Shown here: positions 1 to 7,289 of the stretch, piece by piece
Position numbering within the stretch: the stretch's first letter is position 1
Layout: every line of letters starts with the position of its first letter
Assembly: GCA_040400605.1 (NCBI GenBank)
Contig: JBBAPZ010000011.1
Location: forward strand, 6,792 to 26,004
Source of the DNA: Candidatus Sericytochromatia bacterium
GTDB lineage: Bacteria > Cyanobacteriota > Sericytochromatia > S15B-MN24 > JAQBPE01
Length of the DNA stretch: 19,213 bases
Reading direction: 5' to 3'
Notes under the pieces: model-generated
What the model was told of the DNA's origin: nothing
Seen by the model: the letters and a program-made list of their open reading frames with translations, nothing else
Database searches by the model: none
Program-made: the position numbers and the translations under genes

Positions 1-123
1 ACGTGGTGTGCGATCGACCAGCTCCTCCGGAAACTTGTTTCGATTGGCAGGCGGAGGAACCGCCCCCGTACCGACAGCCATTTGACGTAAGGCTACACCG
101 ATTCTGTTCAGAAAATCGCTCAT
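1..123 (-). CDS. 5' part of a hypothetical protein running off the left edge (MSDFLNRIGVALRQMAVGTGAVPPPANRNKFPEELVDRTPR...)
   Basis: Read manually, not in the ORF track. ATG at 123 has GAGGAG 5 nt upstream, and the frame is open to position 1. Confidence 0.6.
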   Translation of the reverse strand, partial: MSDFLNRIGVALRQMAVGTGAVPPPANRNKFPEELVDRTPR

Positions 124-542
124 GCTCGCTCCTCAATGTCATCATTGCCGAGACTTACCAAGAGTTTCGTACCCACTCTCTCGCATTCTGAAACAGGCCA
201 AATACGAAATATCACGTTCGCTGATCAGATCAGCCTGCCGAGACAGCACCGTGACGAAAAATGAACCAAACCGTGCCGCTACCAGCCGCGGAATCTTACT
301 GACAATAAACAAACAATCAGCGAAATTGATGGATGGTCGAATACCAGAACCATCAGTTTCAGTGCTCAACGGACAACCGCCAGACCAAAATACAAGGGTA
401 AACAAGAACGATTTCTGAACGGAGTTAAAAACAAACCGTTGAAAAGCAATCAGTTAATTTGCTGGAATGCTAAAGTAGCACTGAAACCAGCTAAATGGAT
501 CTCCTGCTACCCCACCGTGCAAAGAAGTCAAAACAGGGGCGA

Positions 543-809
543 TTACTTGATATTCAATCTTGACTTGACGGCTTGTAAGCCTTCGTCGTAACTCAAGGCG
601 CCATCGGTGCCCCCGTGTTGCTTGAGAAGCTCCCGTGCATCCGTTTCATTAAACAATTCTTTCAACAAAGCGCTACGACTGTAGTCATCCATTGTAATCC
701 GCTTGTCTCGATTGATATCAGCCTGAGGGAAGATCTCTTTTTTGTAAATTTGCTCTACCTTCGATGGGGTTCGATTGGCAGGCATCATTAACGTTAACAA
801 AAAATTCAC
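543..809 (-). CDS. Small EF-hand-like putative Ca2+-binding protein (88 aa)
   Basis: GGAGGGG lies 7 nt before the GTG start. Loop DINRDKRITMDD fits D-x-N-x-D-x-x-I-x-x-x-[DE]; a second, degenerate loop is HGGTDGALSYDE. Confidence 0.6.
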   Translation of the reverse strand: MNFLLTLMMPANRTPSKVEQIYKKEIFPQADINRDKRITMDDYSRSALLKELFNETDARELLKQHGGTDGALSYDEGLQAVKSRLNIK

Positions 810-1042
810 TGCGTAACCCCTCCGTGCACGACAGCCCGTTCCGCTATCGCATTTATCGCCGCCACAGCACCAAACTGACGCCCAAATCCGTTAATAATGC
901 GTTAAGCTTAACAGTGATCGAATCCGCGCCGAAACGTGTCGGAATCGCGGTGTTCGAAACGCTCACGCTGACCCGCGTGCTGTCGAAATCAGGCTAAACC
1001 CCTTGCTAACGGGCTTTGCGGTGCTTCCCTGGTTTGCGAAAA

Positions 1043-1462
1043 TCATCCTTCCGGATGAGGCCCCGGTATGGACACACCGAAGATGTAACGGTGTGGCGCT
1101 TGCTGTTGCTGATACTCCAACGTGTCAACGATCTCATCATGCGTGCACAATCCCAGGTTAACCAGAACTTCGCCGAGGCGATCGCCCGTCGTGGCCTGAG
1201 CATCCAACGCCCTGGCAAGTTGATCACCCGTCACGACACCACGCTTAAGCAACAACTGCCCCAACAACAACGAATGATACTGCACATCCAACGCCGAACC
1301 AAGCTCATCAAGCGTAATCCACTGCTTGCTCAGCAAAATTTCACCAATACGAAAATAGGGACGCGTAGCCTTGATCTCCAACGCCACCCGCAGTTGCTCT
1401 TCCGTCAATCGTGTGTGCTTTAACAGTAATGTTCCAACCAAATCATGCTGCACGGTCAACAT
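1043..1462 (-). CDS. Stand-alone MshEN/GspE-N-like repeat protein, putative c-di-GMP receptor (139 aa)
   Basis: Four 24-aa motifs resemble RLGxxLxxxGxxxxxxLxxxLxxQ, e.g. RIGEILLSKQWITLDELGSALDVQ, LLGQLLLKRGVVTGDQLARALDAQ, RLGEVLVNLGLCTHDEIVDTLEYQ. Start re-placed at ATG 1462, which has AAGGGGG upstream; the track start was 1648. Confidence 0.8.
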   Translation of the reverse strand: MLTVQHDLVGTLLLKHTRLTEEQLRVALEIKATRPYFRIGEILLSKQWITLDELGSALDVQYHSLLLGQLLLKRGVVTGDQLARALDAQATTGDRLGEVLVNLGLCTHDEIVDTLEYQQQQAPHRYIFGVSIPGPHPEG

Positions 1463-1695
1463 CCCGTGTACCCCCTTAAGCGTACGTGGCTTCCCCGACG
1501 ACTCTCGCGCCCCCCGGGCGCACCCATCACCTTGCCCAGCAACCCGCTGGCGCTGAAAACCGGAAACTTTGTCGCTGATCAGCCACATACCACAATATAT
1601 GCGCCCTCCCCGCTCTCCGCTCCCGGACACGAATGCGTCGCAGCCCACTCAACTCACGGCTGAATCGGTGCACTAATCTTGTACCCGCAAACAGC

Positions 1696-1722
1696 AAAAA
1701 AAGCGTGGCCAATACCCACGCT
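1696..1722 (-). terminator. Intrinsic terminator downstream of the 1745-1924 mini-gene
   Basis: Minus strand reads AGCGTGG-GTATTGG-CCACGCT-TTTTTT: a 7-bp stem followed by a U tract. Confidence 0.75.
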
Positions 1723-1744
1723 CTCGAAATTTTTTGTTCAATCA

Positions 1745-1924
1745 CTAACGGGGGTTCAACGCCCGTTGTTGACGAAAACATTGCCGACAACAGGGCAAAC
1801 CATCCACCTTCAGCGGAACAAGTGTCTCACGCGAGCACTGCACACAATGCACAGTCAGAAAGCGACTGGTGACAATCGCTTGAGGGGTTTTTTCTTGCCT
1901 TGAACTGGCAGACGTGGTGAGAAT
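1745..1924 (-). CDS. Small CxxC-x15-CxxC zinc-ribbon protein (59 aa) with probable ATT start
   Basis: Manual translation: (I/M)LTTSASSRQEKTPQAIVTSRFLTVHCVQCSRETLVPLKVDGLPCCRQCFRQQRALNPR*. GAGGAG is 8 nt before ATT, an in-frame TGA lies just upstream, and a terminator follows. Aligns by eye to the C-terminal domain of 13155-13463. Confidence 0.7.
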   Translation of the reverse strand: MLTTSASSRQEKTPQAIVTSRFLTVHCVQCSRETLVPLKVDGLPCCRQCFRQQRALNPR

Positions 1925-2170
1925 GGTCGTTTCTCCTCAAAAAATGATATAAGCGGGGATTCAGATCGCCCTTGTGAAGCTCCTGGAACCACACTACGAT
2001 CCATTATCGCCCATGACGCCTCAAAACTTGCGTCGACTCAAGATCATTTTCGCACATATTTAACACGAAAATAATGTAAATTTGATTGCAACGGGCAAAA
2101 CTGGGCAAAATCCGACCCTACCACGGACTGGGTTGATTCAAAACCGAGCAGAATTGACTGGAGTGTAACC

Positions 2171-2521
2171 ATGAACGATCTGATGCATTTGCGGCACTTG
2201 AGTCTCGCACCCGGCGACGCGTCGAAAGCTGAGATCGACCTGGCGGTGGAAGAATGCCTCGTAGCCGCTGAGGCCGCAAATGAAGCAATTTGGCTCGAAC
2301 TGCAGCCAGGGGCGATCGCACGGGGCTTCCATCCCCTCATTGGCCGTTTTTGCGTCAATCGGAAACGAGACGACGCCCCAGCCCATCTACCCCTGTACTT
2401 GGCAACACTCGATCCGGCTACTTACGTCCACACAGGCGCAGACGAGCCGGAAGCAGCCCTCGTGGCACTGCTCACGATGGCGCAAAAAGCGATCGCAAAC
2501 GGGCAAACCACTTCATCGTGA
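2171..2521 (+). CDS. Hypothetical protein (116 aa)
   Basis: GGAG 7 nt before ATG and protein-like composition. No family recognised. The 3' end overlaps the convergent nuclease gene by 9 nt. Confidence 0.6.
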   Translation: MNDLMHLRHLSLAPGDASKAEIDLAVEECLVAAEAANEAIWLELQPGAIARGFHPLIGRFCVNRKRDDAPAHLPLYLATLDPATYVHTGADEPEAALVALLTMAQKAIANGQTTSS

Positions 2522-3232
2522 TCGACACAAGATTCCACCCAACGCCTCTGCCGCCTCACGCGTCATAGACTCCGCGTGCTTGCCCATCCGCGTATGGCCA
2601 CACCCCTCATAGTGAATCTTCCGACTGCGCGTATTCAACATCACCACATCACGCGCGCCAGGCTCGCTCCGCACAGCAACCTGTGACCGTACCGCACCCC
2701 CGCGGTGACGGTATTCGTAAGGCGTCTGACTCAAGGGGTTGCGTCCGTTCCAGATACCCAACCCCGCTGCACGCGCCGCAGACTGTGCGCGAACAAACGC
2801 ATCCGTATGCGCCACATTCGGCGGATACGTCAACAACACCGCCTGCCCCTGGCGCACCAATTCAAGATTCAAAAACAGCTGGCCCACATACACGTAACCA
2901 AGCAAACGCCCATAACGGTCGCGTTCCTGCACATCGGTCTCAATCCGCACCACCTGATTTAGAACCCTTTTTCGCGTGAAATCCCGCGCAAACGCCCCAA
3001 AGGGCGCCTGCGCCAACTCAGGCGTATCAACCCCAATCAACCGCACCTTCTCACGCTGCGCCTGAAGCGCAACCGTCAAGGTATCACCGTCGTGCGCCGC
3101 CACACAGCGTCCTTCGTACGTGCGCGCCCAAGCAGACGTAGCCATCATCACCCACGCCAAACCCAATGTGACGCAGATGTGCAGGCCGGATGCCCACAAG
3201 CCCCTCGGCCAAAACACGGACGAAGCACTCAC
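2513..3232 (-). CDS. Secreted thermonuclease (SNase-like) with a C-terminal Ada-like metal-binding tail
   Basis: SNase motifs HDGDTL, VRLIGVDTPE, DRYGRLLGYVY and NLELVRQG. Signal-like N-terminus ending ATSAWA. Tail reads NTRSRKIHYEGC...AEALGGILCRSR. Confidence 0.9.
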   Translation of the reverse strand: MSASSVFWPRGLWASGLHICVTLGLAWVMMATSAWARTYEGRCVAAHDGDTLTVALQAQREKVRLIGVDTPELAQAPFGAFARDFTRKRVLNQVVRIETDVQERDRYGRLLGYVYVGQLFLNLELVRQGQAVLLTYPPNVAHTDAFVRAQSAARAAGLGIWNGRNPLSQTPYEYRHRGGAVRSQVAVRSEPGARDVVMLNTRSRKIHYEGCGHTRMGKHAESMTREAAEALGGILCRSR

Positions 3233-3513
3233 GGCGCGATATCGCCCGAATCATCCACACTTTTGTCGCGGACGATCGCCCGCACGGTAGCTGAACGCTC
3301 CGTCTTTGCCCCCTCCGCAGGTGCAGGTGGCCCGTCATTGTCAAGGCGAAGCCCCTGACGCGACTCCTGATAAATATAAGTGGTCGGATAATATGGCGTC
3401 TTACTTGGCGCCGGTTGTGCATTGGCCTGTAACTGCTGTGCCGAGGCCATTGCGACAGAAAAAAGATTAAACATCACAGCCACCAACACGCTTGATAAAA
3501 TGACGGTACGCAT
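3229..3513 (-). CDS. Small exported hypothetical protein (94 aa)
   Basis: GGAGG 8 nt before ATG 3513. Signal peptide MRTVILSSVLVAVMFNLFSVAMASA. Stop overlaps the nuclease start (GTGA). Confidence 0.65.
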   Translation of the reverse strand: MRTVILSSVLVAVMFNLFSVAMASAQQLQANAQPAPSKTPYYPTTYIYQESRQGLRLDNDGPPAPAEGAKTERSATVRAIVRDKSVDDSGDIAP

Positions 3514-3802
3514 CAACGCAACCTCCAAAAACAATCGTAACAAACCAACCGTGTCATGCCCCAAAATGCCCATTCTAAAACCGCCACGGCCATCAGATTC
3601 CAATCATCAATTTCACGGATCGGACGCTGACCATCAGAACAAGACGCAAGATTAAGCAGACCGTTTTCGGGTGTTGCACGCGGCATGGTTACAACGAATA
3701 TTTAACGCACAATCAGTCAATCTGATGGATGGCATAAGATTCGCTGAACCAACGCCAGCCGCCACACCCAAGACGCCAGGGTAACCTAGCCGATTCCAGG
3801 TT

Positions 3803-3820
3803 TGACAACACCTGTTGTCA
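3803..3820. promoter_or_regulatory. Palindromic putative operator TGACAACA-CC-TGTTGTCA
   Basis: Perfect 8-bp inverted repeat with a 2-nt spacer in intergenic DNA upstream of the exported-protein/nuclease pair. Confidence 0.4.
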
Positions 3821-3908
3821 CAATCGCCATTTAACAGACAACCGGCACATGGGATGGGTGGTTGACGGAGGCGACTGTGCCTCGCGTTACGGTTGGCGGC
3901 AAGGGGCG

Positions 3909-5132
3909 TTACGGGATGACCTGAACGGGATATCCGAGCTTGGTCAGGTGCGCGAGGAGATCGGCAATGTGCTGCCCGTCGCGCGTTTCCAATTGCAGTT
4001 CCACGGCGGTTCCGCCGAGCGGCACATTGGCGCTGGCACGGTTGTGAATCACCTCGATCAGATTTCCCTGACAGTCCGCGATCGCCGTCAACAAACGCGC
4101 CAGCGCACCGGGACGATCCTCAACAGCCGTAAATAGGCGCACGTACCGCTCCGCCCGCAACATTTGACGCTCAATCAAACTGCTCAACAATTTGGTATCA
4201 ATGTTGCCTCCCGACAACATGACCGCCGTCTTACCCTTCACGCGCACCTTCCCCGTCAAGACCGCCGTCAGCGCAACCGCCCCCGCGCCCTCCACGACCA
4301 ACTTCGTGCGCTCCAGCAACATCACAATGGTATTGGCCGTCTCCTCATCACTGACCGAGACCATCTCGTCCACATATCGCGCGATATAATGAAAGGTTCG
4401 CTCTGCCGGTTTCTTGATCGCAATACCATCGGCCAAGGTTTTAACCGACGGCGTGTACTGCAATTCGCGCCTTTCCCACGAACGAACCAACGCCGATGCC
4501 CCATCCGCCTGGACACCGACGACGCGAATGCGCGGATTGACACTCTTTAGTGCCAACGCCATCCCGCTGATCATGCCGCCCCCGCCAACCGGCACCACCA
4601 CCGTATCAACATCCGGCAACTCCTCGAGGACTTCGAGCGCAACCGTGCCTTGACCGGTGATGATGTCATCGTGATCAAACGCACTCACAAACACGGCACC
4701 GATTTCCTCGGCATGCTTTTGTGCCGCTGCGACTGCTTCATCAAAAATCGCCCCGGCAAGCTCGACTTGGGCACCATAGTTACGGGTGGCTGAGATTTTG
4801 GCCAACGACGCCGTGGTCGGCATAAACACCGTCGCTTGAATGCCGTTGAGACGTGCACCCAACGCAATGCCTTGCGCGTGGTTTCCAGCCGATGCGGTCA
4901 CCACACCCCGTTCACGTTGTTCCGGTGAAAACCGGCTCAAACAATAGACCGCGCCACGAATCTTGAACGAACCCGTTTTTTGAAGATTTTCGGCCTTGAG
5001 GTACAGTGGTGCTCCAGCCATCGCGTCAAAAGTCTGCGCGGTAAACAATGGCGTGCGATGGGCCACTTGCTGAATCAGCGCGTAAGCGTCTTGCACGCGC
5101 TCAAGCGTTACATTCGTTACCATTTCAGCCAT
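3909..5132 (-). CDS. ilvA: Threonine ammonia-lyase (PLP-dependent) with a C-terminal ACT domain
   Basis: Motifs KAENLQKTGSFKIRGA (PLP lysine), SAGNHAQG, VPVGGGG, SGGNID and ACT-like DRPGALARLL. GGAGG SD upstream. ~407-aa medium (IlvA/TdcB-like) form. Confidence 0.92.
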   Translation of the reverse strand: MAEMVTNVTLERVQDAYALIQQVAHRTPLFTAQTFDAMAGAPLYLKAENLQKTGSFKIRGAVYCLSRFSPEQRERGVVTASAGNHAQGIALGARLNGIQATVFMPTTASLAKISATRNYGAQVELAGAIFDEAVAAAQKHAEEIGAVFVSAFDHDDIITGQGTVALEVLEELPDVDTVVVPVGGGGMISGMALALKSVNPRIRVVGVQADGASALVRSWERRELQYTPSVKTLADGIAIKKPAERTFHYIARYVDEMVSVSDEETANTIVMLLERTKLVVEGAGAVALTAVLTGKVRVKGKTAVMLSGGNIDTKLLSSLIERQMLRAERYVRLFTAVEDRPGALARLLTAIADCQGNLIEVIHNRASANVPLGGTAVELQLETRDGQHIADLLAHLTKLGYPVQVIP

Positions 5133-5234
5133 CACTCACCTCCTCATCGAAGCAAGCCCATTCTACCTTCTTTAGCGGATTTGGATGCGTGAAGACGTGC
5201 AACAATGTGAAATGACACGGTCAAACACCAGGCG

Positions 5235-6104
5235 TCACCTCGGCCATCCGATCCGCGTTCCGTACATTTCAATCAGGGCACGATGTTCACCATTGGTCAC
5301 CAAGCCTCTATAACTCTCGGCAAGTTGACCGTTAGGCAATAATGCATCCGGTGGAAATTTCATTCCATCGTCACTTTTCGTAAATTTGGCCGCGTCAACA
5401 CTGTGCATACGGCGCGTTCTGTCAAAATAGTCACTCCACATCCTGGATTGCAACCAACGGACGGTAGATTGTGTTTCCCGCGCGCGCGCCGATGCCACTT
5501 TCGCTTGAGCGGCCGCATCAGGTTTTGCCATCCGGTACTTATGCACTTTGCTTTCATAAACACACTGTTCGTTTAGCAGCATATCAAGATTTGGTCTCTC
5601 AGAAGAAGCACCTGAAATTTTTCTGTGCGTGCGATCAGTCTCTCCAGACGCTCGCAGTGCCTCCAGCACAGATTTCTGACTTGGTTCAGCCTTGAACGCA
5701 TCATTAATCTGTTGGGCCTTGGCATCCCACACTTGGGTCCCATTGGACCGTCTTGCATTATCAGGCAAAAGTTGTTGCCAGACATTAGACCTGGCGTGAA
5801 GCCGTAAGCCGGGGCTGTTACCCTGTGTTTCGCGATAACCATAACTATCGTGGAAAAGCTGTGTTAACGTTTGCTTGATCTGGTTTTGTGCACCTTCATC
5901 AATGCCACTGTAGGTGATCGGAAGTTAGGCGCCATCCCCGGTGAGCTCGCAAAAACTGTACAGTCTCGCTGCCATGCTTCGAGGAATACCCGCATCACTG
6001 TCCTCCTTCTGTAACTTTAGATCCGCTACAGATTTGATATCGTTAATAGGCCTTAAAATCCGAACCTTTCGATGGTTATTATCAGTTGACCTTTGGCCAA
6101 AAAC
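5235..6104 (-). pseudogene. Interrupted hypothetical gene; the 177-aa track ORF 5235-5768 is only its 3' part
   Basis: The frame of 5235-5768 stays open to 5924 and, after one TAA at 5925-5927, on to 6104. A strong AAGGAGG plus ATG at 5995 lies in the neighbouring frame. Confidence 0.5.
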
Positions 6105-7289
6105 TTATGGGGAGACTTTTGAAAATCTCAAGCTATCAATCAGTCGTTGGCGATCGCCAACCAACGCGTCGAATCGCTTGGAATTGGCCACAAATTGCAA
6201 CACAACGACGCGTGTGGCCTGCGGACACACCCAGACCTGATTGACCACTTGCTGCTTGCTGTTCGCGTCTTCGCGTCTCACGGTATAGCGCGTGCCGGGC
6301 AAGCCGTCAATCAAGAGCGACTCAGTGGCAGGCGGCTCGACGGCCCCTTGCGCAAGTTCCTTGCGGAGGGCTTCCTCATACACATTGAGGTCAAAGCCAT
6401 TGCCGGTATCAACCACCGTCACCGTCCAGTTCGGGGTGACTTCATCGGCATCGAGCGGGGCATTAAAAAAGACATTCAGTGTCGCCTGATTCACCAAAAA
6501 GTCCCAGTTTGGTCTTGGGAGTTGCAATGACACATCCACTGCAGGCAATACCAGCAGGCGTTCAGTCTCAACAAGCTTGGGGTTTGTCGTGGGCTGTGGT
6601 GCCGCATCAGCATCAGCTGGCAAGGTTACCTGGTTCACAATCCACCCGAAATCGGGCAACATTGTCGCGAAATCGTCGAGCGCCGCGCGGCAGTCAATCA
6701 GGGTGATCGTCGCGGGCTTGAACAGGTAATAACGGCGGACGCGTTCGGTCTGATTTTGACTGTCGGCTGGCAGGTCCAAGGTCCAAATGTGAGCTTCTGT
6801 GCGATCCACAACGCCTTTTTCCAGCAAGATCGCCCCTGATTCGCCACCACGCTCACGCAGTTCCTGCTCGAGATAAGCGCCAAAAGCAAAATCAGGCGGC
6901 CGCGGCACAATCTGGATAATCACACGTGGAATCACCCCTCCCTCGCGCAAGGGCGTTCGACGCAGCAGGTTGATGACATCATCACCGACGCGAAACTCCC
7001 ATTCCGCTTGATTGGGGCGTGAAACACCAAATTCGATGTCCGGAAACTCCAGGCGATCGCCCTTTATGGTATACGGACGACTCTCACCCGCGCGTTCCTG
7101 CTTCGCAGGCCAGCTGCCATCGATAAACTGCAAGGTCGTGACAGGCAAGGGCAGCCCAGCCACGCAAGATGCCAGCACAACACCCAATCCGACAAGCAGC
7201 CAACGCCATCTGAACCGCCCGCACGCCGCGTGCGGACCTAAAGACGCCAACGGGAATCGCCTCGAATCACCCCAACCGCAGGATTTCAT
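6105..7289 (-). CDS. Predicted lipoprotein with two tandem PsbP/DUF1795-like domains
   Basis: Lipobox VLAS-C after a hydrophobic stretch. Two repeated units (VSRPNQAEWEF / LQLPRPNWDF, ending FGWIVNQVTL / RLIDSLRF). Start overlaps the cphA stop (ATGA). Fold assignment is by eye. Confidence 0.65.
   Translation of the reverse strand: MKSCGWGDSRRFPLASLGPHAACGRFRWRWLLVGLGVVLASCVAGLPLPVTTLQFIDGSWPAKQERAGESRPYTIKGDRLEFPDIEFGVSRPNQAEWEFRVGDDVINLLRRTPLREGGVIPRVIIQIVPRPPDFAFGAYLEQELRERGGESGAILLEKGVVDRTEAHIWTLDLPADSQNQTERVRRYYLFKPATITLIDCRAALDDFATMLPDFGWIVNQVTLPADADAAPQPTTNPKLVETERLLVLPAVDVSLQLPRPNWDFLVNQATLNVFFNAPLDADEVTPNWTVTVVDTGNGFDLNVYEEALRKELAQGAVEPPATESLLIDGLPGTRYTVRREDANSKQQVVNQVWVCPQATRVVVLQFVANSKRFDALVGDRQRLIDSLRFSKVSP

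Noticed and set aside
122..418. ORFs 122-418 (+) and 142-405 (-)
   Set aside because: No clear SD or motifs and they overlap each other; more likely the upstream region of the minus-strand gene starting at 123.
1790..1840. ACAGGGCAAACCAT resembling the start of a c-di-GMP-I riboswitch
   Set aside because: No GNRA-capped P2 or GACGCAAA segment follows, and it is the antisense of the zinc-ribbon mini-gene. The similar GGGCAAACCA near 2501 lies within a coding 3' end.
5235..6104. Mobile element explaining the AT-richer interrupted segment
   Set aside because: No transposase or integrase motifs, terminal inverted repeats or target-site duplication were found.
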